The position numbers and the translations under genes were made by a program. DNA of 64,000 nucleotides from an uncultured Chloroflexia bacterium (GTDB taxonomy: Bacteria; Chloroflexota; Limnocylindria; Limnocylindrales; CSP1-4): NCBI GenBank assembly GCA_963776385.1, contig CAVZME010000011.1, positions 202,807 through 266,806 on the forward strand, written 5' to 3'. A model generated the notes under the pieces. It did no database searches. It was not told the DNA's origin and saw nothing but the letters and a program-made list of their open reading frames with translations. Shown here in pieces: positions 1 through 8,363 of this stretch (the first letter of the stretch is position 1; each line of letters begins with the position of its first letter).

Positions 1-5
1 GGGTC

Positions 6-1169
6 GTGATGGATGGTTCGGCCGGCATGAACGGCTCGGACGCCGACTTCGACTTCGATGTCGCGGCACGGTTGAACGCTCTGACCATGAGCACCGCGCC
101 GGAGCCTCTGACGGCGGCTGGCCCGATCGTGGCCAGCTCGGTCGCGACACCGAGCGCCGACGCGGTCGTCGCGCCCACCCCCGAGATCGCCGCAGAGGTT
201 CGGCCCGCACCACCGACCGACCCACACCGGGCGGCGGAGCTCGCGGCCCTGGCCAGTGCCGCAGCGGTCATCGAAGAGGCGGCCACCGACGAGGCACTCG
301 CCTCTGACAAGGGAACGTCCGCCGGCACGTCGAACGGCCGTTTCAGCCCGTTCCGACTCGGCCAGGACATCGATGCCGAGCTCGAAGCGTATGAGCGCAA
401 CCAGGCCGCCCTGGCCGCCGCCGCGATCGTCGTGACACCGGACGATGCCGCCGTCGCGCCCGAGGCTGTCGAGTCGGCCGTGGTCGAGGCCGAGCCCGTC
501 GTCGAGCCTGCAGCCGCCGCGGCCGAGATCGTCGCCCCGCCCGCGGTCGCCGAGCCCATCGCCGAACCTGAGGCGGTCGCCGAGCCCATCGCCGCCGCTG
601 CGCCGAAGGTGGTCGCCGAGCCCGTCTCCGTCACCGAGCCCGAGATCATCGCCGAGCCCGTCGCCCCGCCCGCGGCGGCCGCGATCGTCGCCGCACCCGA
701 GGCGGCCCCGGCGGCGGTCGAGCCCGAGGTCGCACCCGCGGCGGCCGCGATCGTCGCCGAGCCGGCGGTCGCCGAGCCCGTCGTTGCGCCCACGCCGGTC
801 GTCCAGGATGTCGTCGCGCAGCCGACCTGGCGCATGGTCGCCCCTGACGACACCGACGCGACGACGCCACCGGCCATCCCGGACCTTCCTGCCGCCGCCA
901 CCGCCGCGGACCCGTCGGGCGAGCCGCAGTGGCCCACCAGGCCCGCCTGGCTCGGCGGCACGCCGGCGGCCGGTCTGCCATTCCTCGGTCGCCCGGCCGC
1001 GCCGCAGGGCGGCCTCGAAGCCCTCTGGGCCGAGTCGAACCGCGAGGTCGCGGACCCGCGGCTGGCGAACAAGCCGGCCGGCGGTGTCCAGCCCTGCCTC
1101 AGCTGCGGTCTGTCACTCTCCGCCACCGCCAAGTTCTGCCGGCGGTGCGGCACTCCCCAGGCCACCTAG
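6..1169 (+). CDS. zinc-ribbon domain protein with Ala/Pro/Glu-rich low-complexity repeats
   Basis: 387-aa ORF. The frame stays open to the window edge, so the 5' end may lie upstream. C-terminal CLSC-x10-CRRC zinc ribbon. Residues ~158-262 are degenerate (V/I)AEP-type repeats. Confidence 0.6.
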   Translation: MMDGSAGMNGSDADFDFDVAARLNALTMSTAPEPLTAAGPIVASSVATPSADAVVAPTPEIAAEVRPAPPTDPHRAAELAALASAAAVIEEAATDEALASDKGTSAGTSNGRFSPFRLGQDIDAELEAYERNQAALAAAAIVVTPDDAAVAPEAVESAVVEAEPVVEPAAAAAEIVAPPAVAEPIAEPEAVAEPIAAAAPKVVAEPVSVTEPEIIAEPVAPPAAAAIVAAPEAAPAAVEPEVAPAAAAIVAEPAVAEPVVAPTPVVQDVVAQPTWRMVAPDDTDATTPPAIPDLPAAATAADPSGEPQWPTRPAWLGGTPAAGLPFLGRPAAPQGGLEALWAESNREVADPRLANKPAGGVQPCLSCGLSLSATAKFCRRCGTPQAT

Positions 1170-1985
1170 GCCGTTCGGGCGCCCCCACTCGTCGCGGACG
1201 CGGACCCAGGCCGCGCCATACAGCAGCGCCTGGAACCCGAACGACAGCCACGCCAGGGCGATGAACGCGGACGCGAGCGACCCTGCCAGGGCGGCCACGC
1301 CCACGAGGCGCGGCACCAGGAACGTGAACACCTGGCTCAGGATGACCACCGCGATCCCGACCACGATCGACGGAAGGACCACGGCCCGCCACCCCGGCGC
1401 GCGCGGCGGGAGGGTCCGGTACACGACCAGCACGGCCATGACGGACAAGGCGGTCAGGAACGGGATGGAGCCCATCAGCCCGGTCACCGTAGAGAGCACC
1501 GGGCTCCGTCCGGGAGCAATCGCCTCGAATGCCGAGGCGACGGCGGCGAGCACGATGAACCCGACGATGGCCACCACCAGGATGGCGACGACGAGCAGGC
1601 CGCGCGCGGTCCGGCGGATGATGTCGCGCTCCGGATGGTTGGCGTAGATCCGGGCGAACGCGACATCAAGCGCGCCGTAGAGCTGGCTCACGGTCCAGAT
1701 CAAGCCCAGGACACCGATGATCGACGTCAGCGCCGCCCCCGCGGAGATCGCGTCGAGCGATTCGTCGACGAGGTCGGCCAGCGGTGGGAAGGCATTGACG
1801 ATGGCATCGGCGACACCCTGGCGGACCGACTCCTCATTCGTCAGCCAGCCCGCCACCCCGAGGACGAGCAGGGTCGTCGGGATGGCCGCGAACAGCGACG
1901 AGAAGGCGAGCCCATTGGCCAGCAGGCCGCCGGCCGCGGCGCCATAGATGTCGAGGATCGCCCGGATGCGCGCCACCTGCGGCAC
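1113..1985 (-). CDS. YihY/BrkB (virulence factor BrkB) family membrane protein
   Basis: 290-aa ORF with six predicted TM stretches. N-terminal GGLLANGLAFSSLFAAIPTTLLVLGV is typical of the YihY family. Its 3' end overlaps the convergent gene by 57 nt. Confidence 0.75.
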   Translation of the reverse strand: MPQVARIRAILDIYGAAAGGLLANGLAFSSLFAAIPTTLLVLGVAGWLTNEESVRQGVADAIVNAFPPLADLVDESLDAISAGAALTSIIGVLGLIWTVSQLYGALDVAFARIYANHPERDIIRRTARGLLVVAILVVAIVGFIVLAAVASAFEAIAPGRSPVLSTVTGLMGSIPFLTALSVMAVLVVYRTLPPRAPGWRAVVLPSIVVGIAVVILSQVFTFLVPRLVGVAALAGSLASAFIALAWLSFGFQALLYGAAWVRVRDEWGRPNGLGGLGSAAPPAELGGGGE

Positions 1986-2035
1986 GTCGAGGAAGCGCCC
2001 GAGCAGCGCCAGCGCCTTTGCCTGCCAGTCGGGCG

Positions 2036-2275
2036 TCAGCTGTCGAGGTCCTCGAACAGGACGGGCTGGATGTCCTCGAGCCGCACGCGGCGCGGCGCGG
2101 CGACGAGCGCACGAACCTCACCGCGACGGACGAATCGGCGGCCGCCGAGCTTGAGACTCTGCAGGCGCCCGGCGCGAGCCCAGCCGCCGATGGTCGATGG
2201 CGTGAAGTGGACGTTGGCCGCAGCCAGGATCTCGGCGGCTTCGCGGAGGGTGATCCAGTCAGTCGGCGCAGCCAT
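2036..2275 (-). CDS. excisionase-family / MerR-like helix-turn-helix DNA-binding protein
   Basis: 79-aa ORF. The motif ITLREAAEIL...STIGGWARAGRL...GGRRFVRRGEV matches the HTH_17/excisionase DNA-binding fold. Confidence 0.7.
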   Translation of the reverse strand: MAAPTDWITLREAAEILAAANVHFTPSTIGGWARAGRLQSLKLGGRRFVRRGEVRALVAAPRRVRLEDIQPVLFEDLDS

Positions 2276-2281
2276 CTCCGG

Positions 2282-2617
2282 TCAGTCGGGCGTGCTGGCG
2301 GTCGCGGCCTCGGTCGCCTTGGCGGGCTTCGTGCCTTCGTCTGCTGCGGGCTTGTCGGTCGAGGGCTTGGCGTCCCCCGACCCGGTCTCGCCGGACGTTC
2401 CCTCGCCGCTCGACTTGGCCGCCCGCGATGACGCCGTCGCGTGTCGCTCTTTCTTGGCCCAGCCCGAACCCTTGTAGTGGATCGTCGGGGCACTGATGGC
2501 CTTGCGGATCGGACCACTGCCGCACAGCGGACAGGTGGTCGGAGGCGCCGCATGGAGACCATGGCTGACCTCGAAGCGCCGGCCGCAGGCTTCGCAGTCG
2601 TAGTCGTAGGCGGGCAT
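2282..2617 (-). CDS. FmdB-family zinc-ribbon regulatory protein
   Basis: Starts MPAYDYDCEACGRRFEV...CPLCGS (CxxC_CxxC_SSSS motif) and has a low-complexity C-terminal tail. Confidence 0.8.
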   Translation of the reverse strand: MPAYDYDCEACGRRFEVSHGLHAAPPTTCPLCGSGPIRKAISAPTIHYKGSGWAKKERHATASSRAAKSSGEGTSGETGSGDAKPSTDKPAADEGTKPAKATEAATASTPD

Positions 2618-2632
2618 CGGCTGTCGGGGTCC

Positions 2633-3430
2633 CTAGCCGCGGAGGAGGCGCATGCCGCACTTCGGGCAGTAGAAGGCCCGCTCGTGCGCCGACGCGAAGC
2701 CGCAATGGGCGCAGACCAGTCCGCCGCGACCGGCCGCCGGCACGGGTCGCTCGATCGCTGTGAGCCCGAGCGCGTACTGGCTGGCGAGGATATTGCTCAG
2801 GACGCCGCCGAGGAGCTTCGTCCCGATCCGATCGGTGTCGCCGCGGACGCCCTTGCCGCCCCAGCCGACCACGGCGCGGCAGATCATGTCGCCGGTCGCC
2901 TCGTCCCAGTGGGCGGCGACGCCACCGACGATCGCGTTGTATTCGGGATAGCCGGACGTGTCGACCTCGCCATCGAGCAGCGCACAGACGAAGGTGTCGA
3001 ACGCGAGGTCCACGGCGTCGATCGACTCGAGGACGACGAGCGCGTGCCGGGTGATCGGCGAATGGACGTGATGGGCGTTGAGCCACTGCATCGCTTCGGA
3101 CGGGCTGACGATGGTCGGGGTCGCCTGGCTGAACTCGATCGGCAGCGGATCGACGACTTCGATCTCGGAGCGCGCGAGTCCGACCAGCATCATCGGCAGC
3201 TCGGCGATCGCTGCCGGTCCCGCCTTGAGGCGGACGCCCTCGCTGCTCTTGCCGGCGTAGTAGAGCTTGAGCTGATGGTCCTGGGCGACGACCTCTTCGG
3301 GCATCAGGCCCGACGTCTGCGACGGCGTCGGGTTCGGGGCGGGCTCGGCGGCGTCGGCGTTGCCCCGACGCTTCAGGAAATCAAGCGGCACGTGGTGCTC
3401 CCCGGCATATGTGCTGGATCCGGCCGTCAT
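2633..3430 (-). CDS. hypothetical protein with C-terminal zinc ribbon
   Basis: Start taken at the ATG giving MTAGSSTYAGEHH, residue 168 of the 432-aa ORF. The upstream part of that ORF is Arg/Pro-rich out-of-frame overlap with the GH13 gene. C-terminus is CAHC-x11-CPKC. The N-terminal ~220 aa has no family I recognise. Confidence 0.55.
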   Translation of the reverse strand: MTAGSSTYAGEHHVPLDFLKRRGNADAAEPAPNPTPSQTSGLMPEEVVAQDHQLKLYYAGKSSEGVRLKAGPAAIAELPMMLVGLARSEIEVVDPLPIEFSQATPTIVSPSEAMQWLNAHHVHSPITRHALVVLESIDAVDLAFDTFVCALLDGEVDTSGYPEYNAIVGGVAAHWDEATGDMICRAVVGWGGKGVRGDTDRIGTKLLGGVLSNILASQYALGLTAIERPVPAAGRGGLVCAHCGFASAHERAFYCPKCGMRLLRG

Positions 3431-3456
3431 GGTAGCAGGGGTGCCCCGCCGCCCCG

Positions 3457-5151
3457 TCAGTCCGTGACCGCGCCGAGTCCCTCGAGGATGAGGGCTTCGT
3501 CGGCCTCCATCTGGATCGTCTCGCCGGCCGCCAGTCGATCGAACCGCAGCTCGCCTGGCGCGGTCCGCACGAGGGATCGCCAACGAGCCGATGCCGGATC
3601 GCCTGGCAGTGTCCAGCGCGCCGGCTCGCGCCCGACGTTGATGGCCACGAGGATCGTGCTGGCATCGGTCCTCCGGGTGTAGGCGACGACGTTCCCGCCG
3701 CGGTCCGGCTCGAGGTGGAGCGAACCGACCTGGAGCGCCGGCGTCGACGCCCGGAGCGCGATCAACCGGCGATAGAGCGAGAGGATCGATCCCGGGTCCC
3801 GGATCTGCGTCGACACGTTGCGCGTCTCCGTGTCCGGCCCGAGTCGGAGCCATGGCCGACCGGTCGTGAACCCCGCTCCCGGTCCCGGGGACCAGGGCAT
3901 CGGCGTCCGACAGCGGGACCGGTCCCACCACTGGAACTCGGGGCCGATCCGGGCGGCCGGCGGGTCGATGCTTTCCTCGGGAGGGACGTCGACATCGGGC
4001 AGGCCGAGTTCCTCTCCGTAGTACAGGAACGGCGTTCCTCGCAGCGTCAGGACGAGGACGGCCGCGGCGCGCGCCACGGCGTCCATATCCGCGTCATCCG
4101 CCGAGGAGGCCAGGCGCGACGCCTGGCGCGGCTGGTCATGGTTCGACAGCGCGGCCGTTGGCCAACGATCGTCGCCGAAGACGGCATCGCGCGTTCCGAT
4201 CGCGGTCCGGATCGCGTCAGCCCGCCACGGCGCACCGAGAAGGTCCCAGTCGAAGACGAGATGGCGATCCGTCGTGAGGCTCGCCGCGGTCTCGACGGTG
4301 CCATCGAAGAGCTCCCCGACCGACATCCGGCCGGGCTCCTCATCGACGATCGCCCGGAATCGTCCGATGAGATCGGGAAAGTCGGGCTGGTCGCGATCGT
4401 AGAGATGGATCTGGCGACCCCAGGCCGTCGAGCCATCGCGGGTCGGATTCGACGGCAGATCCGGGTGCTTCAGGAGGGCGTTGAAGACGTCCAATCGGAA
4501 GCCGTCCACGCCGCGCTCGAGCCAGCCACGGACCATCGCCAGCTGGGCGGCCTCGACCTCCGGGTTGCGCCAATCGAGCTCCGGCTGCTCGACCAGGAAG
4601 GTGTGGTAGTAGAACTGCTGGCGGGCTGGCTCCCACTCCCAGCCCGGGCCCCCGAAGAACGACAGCCAGTTGTTGGGAGGCAACGGCGTTCCGTCGGGCG
4701 CGTGACCGGACGGATCGCGCCACAGGTACCGATCGGCGAATGGGCCCGTGCGTGACGCGCGGGATGCCACGAACCAGGGATGCTGGTCGCTGGTGTGATT
4801 CATCACCAGGTCGAGGACGATGCGGATGCCGCGCCGATGCGCCTCCGCGACCAGCTGGTCGAAATCCTCGTCCGTGCCGAACAGCGGATCCACCGTCGTG
4901 TGATCGCTGACGTCGTAGCCGACATCGAGCCCCGGTGACGGGTAGATCGGCGACAACCAGATCGCGTCGACCGCGAGTCCCTCCCGACCGATGTGGTCGA
5001 GGTGGTCGATGATCCCCTGGAGGTCGCCGACGCCGTCGCCATCGCTGTCGGCGAAACTGCGTGGGTAGATCTGGTAGACGACCCCGCGGCGCCACCAGTC
5101 GGCGCCGAAACGAGGCGATTGCACGGCCGTTGCGATGTCCGAGGGTGCCAA
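3457..5151 (-). CDS. GH13 alpha-glucosidase / oligo-1,6-glucosidase family protein
   Basis: Contains WWRRGVVYQIYPRSFADSDGDGVGDLQGI, LVMNHTSDQHPWF, GFRLDV and other GH13 regions. Start proposed at TTG 5151, with GGAG 7 nt upstream, giving 15 aa before the WW motif. The alternative ATG at 5235 lies inside the loop of a strong hairpin. Confidence 0.85.
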   Translation of the reverse strand: MAPSDIATAVQSPRFGADWWRRGVVYQIYPRSFADSDGDGVGDLQGIIDHLDHIGREGLAVDAIWLSPIYPSPGLDVGYDVSDHTTVDPLFGTDEDFDQLVAEAHRRGIRIVLDLVMNHTSDQHPWFVASRASRTGPFADRYLWRDPSGHAPDGTPLPPNNWLSFFGGPGWEWEPARQQFYYHTFLVEQPELDWRNPEVEAAQLAMVRGWLERGVDGFRLDVFNALLKHPDLPSNPTRDGSTAWGRQIHLYDRDQPDFPDLIGRFRAIVDEEPGRMSVGELFDGTVETAASLTTDRHLVFDWDLLGAPWRADAIRTAIGTRDAVFGDDRWPTAALSNHDQPRQASRLASSADDADMDAVARAAAVLVLTLRGTPFLYYGEELGLPDVDVPPEESIDPPAARIGPEFQWWDRSRCRTPMPWSPGPGAGFTTGRPWLRLGPDTETRNVSTQIRDPGSILSLYRRLIALRASTPALQVGSLHLEPDRGGNVVAYTRRTDASTILVAINVGREPARWTLPGDPASARWRSLVRTAPGELRFDRLAAGETIQMEADEALILEGLGAVTD

Positions 5152-5208
5152 CGATCGGCTCCTGTCCCGTGGCGAGATCCGACGATCGCCCGAACCAGTC
5201 GGCGGTTC

Positions 5209-5269
5209 GGATCCGACCCTTGACAGTGTGCGCATGGTGCAGTCGAAACGCCACCCACGGGTCGGATCC
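5209..5269 (-). terminator. perfect 11-bp inverted repeat (GGATCCGACCC / GGGTCGGATCC) downstream of valS
   Basis: Arms at 5209-5219 and 5259-5269 with a 39-nt loop, 31 nt after the valS stop. There is no U tract, as is common in high-GC genomes. Confidence 0.35.
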
Positions 5270-5299
5270 GGATGGCCAGACACCTCGCCGCCCGCCTGT

Positions 5300-8027
5300 T
5301 CAGGGCGCCAATCGGTCGCGCAGACGCTCCACCTGATCGACCAGCTCAGTCTCGCGGGCGCGGGCGCCCTCGACGACCGCCGCCGGTGCGCGTTCGACGA
5401 AGGCACGATCGGCCAGCCGCTGCTGGGCGGCGGCCAGCCAGCCCTCCGCCTCGGCCAGGTCGCGTTCGAGCCGCTCACGCTCGAGGTCCGCGGATCCCGC
5501 GTCCGGCGACGCGATCGCGATGGTCGCCTCGACGTCACTCCCCGCGACGATCACCGCCAGGTCGCCGGCCGAGGTCGCAGCCGCGAGCGCCTCCGGGCTG
5601 AGCTCGCGCTTGAGCGGACGCGAGCGAGCGAGACGCTCGATCCCTGGGCGAAGCTGTTCGAATGCCGGACCGAGCTCGAGCGGCACATAGACGCGCGTCT
5701 CGAGCCAGTCGCCGGCGGGCACGCGCGACGAAGCGCGGGCGTCGCGGATCCCGGTGATCAGGGCGATGATCGAGGCGACCTGGTCTTCCGCCACGTGATC
5801 TCGCTCCCCCACCCCGGGCCAGCGCGCGACGATCAGGAGGTCGGGATCGGACGCACGATGCGGCAGCGTCGACCAGAGCGCCTCGGTGACGAACGGCATG
5901 ACCGGATGAAGCAGGCGCAGGTAGGTGTCGAGGACCTCGACCAGAGCCCACCACGTCGCCTCGCGTTCGGCGTCGCCGAGCGTCGCGTCCGTCAGGCGGA
6001 CCTTGGCGAGCTCGAGACCCCAGTCGCAGTACTCGCTCCAGATCGCGTCATAGACGAGGCGAGTCACTTCGGCGAAGGCGTAGTCGGCCATCGCGGCGTC
6101 GACTGCCGCTGTCGTCGCCGCGGCACGTGACATCAGCCAACGCTCAGCCGGGCCGAGATGACGGGCGTCGGGCACGCGGCGTTCGGCGCCCTCGGGAATG
6201 CTCGACGGCCGCGCACCGATGACATACCGGGTCGCGTTCCAGAGCTTGTTCGCGAAGTTGCGGGCGTGTTCGAGCTTGGCGTCGCCGAACCGTTGGTCGT
6301 TGCCAGGGGTCGCGCCATGGATCACCGCGAAGCGCAGCGCGTCCGCCCCGGCCGTGTCGATGACGCCGAGCGGATCGACGACGTTGCCCTTGGTCTTCGA
6401 CATCTTCTGGCCGAGCGGGTCGCGGATGAGGCCCGACAGGTAGACCGTGTGGAACGGCTCGGTCCCGGTCAGCTCGAGGCCGAGCATCATCATCCGGGCG
6501 ACCCAGAAGAAGATGATGTCGTAGCCCGTCTCCATGACCGATGTCGGGTAGTAGGTCGCGAAGTCGGGCGTGTCGTCCGGCCAGCCCAGCGTGGACCACG
6601 GCCACAGACCCGAGCTGAACCAGGTATCGAAGATGTCCGGATCCTGGGTCAGCTCTGACCGAGGGACGCGCGCAGACGGCACAGGCCGCCGGACCATCCG
6701 CGTCGGGCGAGACGGTCACGTGACCGTCCGGGCAGTACCAGGCGGGGATGCGATGGCCCCACCACAGCTGCCGCGAGACGTTCCAGTCGCGGATGCCGGT
6801 CAGCCAGTGCTCCCAGGTCTTCTCGAAGCGTTCGGGCAGGATGCGCGTCCGACCCTGGCGGGTCGCCTCGAGCGCGCGGGCCGCGAGCGGCCCGGTCCGC
6901 ACGAACCACTGCGTCTTGAGCCGTGGTTCGATGATGTCGTTGCTCCGCTGGCAGCGGCCGAGGACCATCTCGTGCGGAACGGTCGCCACGAGGTCGCCAC
7001 GATCCTGGAGGTCGGCCACGATCGCCGACCGCGCGGCGAACCGGTCCATCCCGTCGTAGTGTGTGCCGGTTCCCGTGATGGACGCGTCGTCAGCGAGGAT
7101 CGTCGGGGCCGCGAGGCCATGGCGGAGCCCGGTCTGATGGTCGTCGTGGTCATGGGCGGGGGTGATCTTGACCGCACCCGTCCCGAACGCCGGGTCCACG
7201 ACGTCGTCGGCGATGATCGGCACGTCGCGCTCGACGAACGGGATGCGGACGAGTCGTCCGACCAGCGCGGTGTAGCGCGGATCGTCCGGGTGGACGGCGA
7301 CCGCAGTGTCGCCGAGGATCGTCTCGGGACGCGTCGTGGCGATCGTGATGGTCGCTTCCGGATCGGGATCGGGCTGGCCGGTCGCGGGGTCGATGAGGTG
7401 GTAGCGGACGGACCACAACGTTCCAGCTTCGGGCGTCGAGACGACCTCGAGATCGCTGACGCTCGTCCGGCAGCCCGGGCACCAGTTGACCAACGCCTCG
7501 GTCCGATAGGCGAGGTCGGCCTCGTACAGGCGCGTGAAGGCGACGCGCACGGCCTTGGCCGAACCGTCGTCCATCGTGAAGCGCAGCCGACTCCAGTCCG
7601 CCGACGCCCCGACTCGTCGCTGCTGACCGAGCATGACCTCGCGTGTCGTGGCGACGAACGCGCGCATCCGTTCGAGGTAACGTTCGCGCCCGAGACTCTG
7701 GCGACTTTCCCCTTCCTTGGCGAGGATGCCGTCGAGGACGAACTGGGCGGCGATCGATGCGTGATCGAGGCCGGGCAGGAACAACGTCGGGTGGCCGAGC
7801 ATCCGGGCATGCCGGATCATCAGGTCCTCGACCGCGGTCCTCTGGGCGTGGCCGAGGTGGAGCGAGCCGGTGATGTTCGGCGGCGGTTGGATGATCGTGA
7901 ACGGTCGCAGGGCGGGATCCGCGGTCGAGCCGGCACCGTCGGGCGCGAAGACGTCGGCCGCGAGCCAGCGCTCGTAGATCGCGCCCTCGACATCGTGCGG
8001 CGTATAGGCCTTCGGCAACAGCGGCAT
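5300..8027 (-). pseudogene. valS: valine--tRNA ligase, one frame break (probably a consensus error)
   Basis: The N-terminal 5/8 is in ORF 6144..8027 (PPNITGSLHLGHA, WWGHRIPAWYC). The rest is in ORF 5300..6697 (QDPDIFDTWFSSGLWPW, KMSKTKGNVVDP, coiled-coil C-terminus). The junction is near 6655-6680. Deleting one base of the run at 6663-6665 restores CAVCARPRSELTQDPD. Length is 3n+1. Confidence 0.9.
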
Positions 8028-8040
8028 CGTGCCTCCCTGG

Positions 8041-8277
8041 AAACAGAACGGCCCGATCGTCCAGCGGACGAACGGGTCGTGGTACCACCTGCTGGTTCAG
8101 CGTCCGGGTCGGTTCGGTCATCCCGAGCCGCCTGCTCCGGCGCCCTCTCGACGCGCTATCGGGCGACTCCCGTCACGACTCGCGAGCGACCTTCGCATCG
8201 GCGTCCCACGCGGCTCGCACCATCCCGCGCTCGCTTCGGGCCGTCCCGACGCTACTCTTCCCGGTCATCGCCGTGAG
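8041..8277 (-). promoter_or_regulatory. T-box leader (tRNA-Val sensing) upstream of valS
   Basis: All read on the minus strand.
- T-box core: CAGGTGGTACCACG at 8078-8089.
- Terminator: directly abuts an 11-bp hairpin (8052-8076) followed by CGUUCUGUUU.
- Stem I base: CGAUGACCGGGAAGAGUAGC, which has GA/K-turn and AGUA motifs (about 8251-8270).
- Specifier: the 3' strand reads GCGAAG-GUC-G, placing a Val GUC codon at 8188-8190.
- Acceptor match: UGGU in the core matches an A73 discriminator.
- Ribosome site: SD GGGAGG at 8032-8037. Confidence 0.6.
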
Positions 8278-8363
8278 GCCGGGAGTGTAGCACGCGGAAT
8301 TCCGGGAGCCGAGTCATCTCGACGGTGGGCGGCTGACGAGGCAGATCCGGCTCGGATGTCGCG

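Noticed and set aside
445-1647. 400-aa plus-strand ORF, and the similar ORFs 646..981 and 929..1264, overlapping the zinc-ribbon gene and the YihY gene.
   Set aside because: The translations are Pro/Arg/Ser-rich (SPSPSP, RRPR), typical of an out-of-frame reading of high-GC coding DNA. There is no motif, and they are fully covered by better-supported genes.
2036-2275. The excisionase-family HTH gene as evidence of a prophage or integrative element.
   Set aside because: There is no integrase, att-like repeats, phage genes or tRNA nearby. This small HTH family is common as a stand-alone regulator in high-GC Gram-positives.
5152-5235. ATG at 5235 as the start of the GH13 alpha-glucosidase.
   Set aside because: It would add 28 Arg/Ser-rich residues with no similarity to GH13 N-termini, and it lies in the loop of the 5209-5269 hairpin. 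TTG 5151 with GGAG 7 nt upstream fits better. This is still uncertain.
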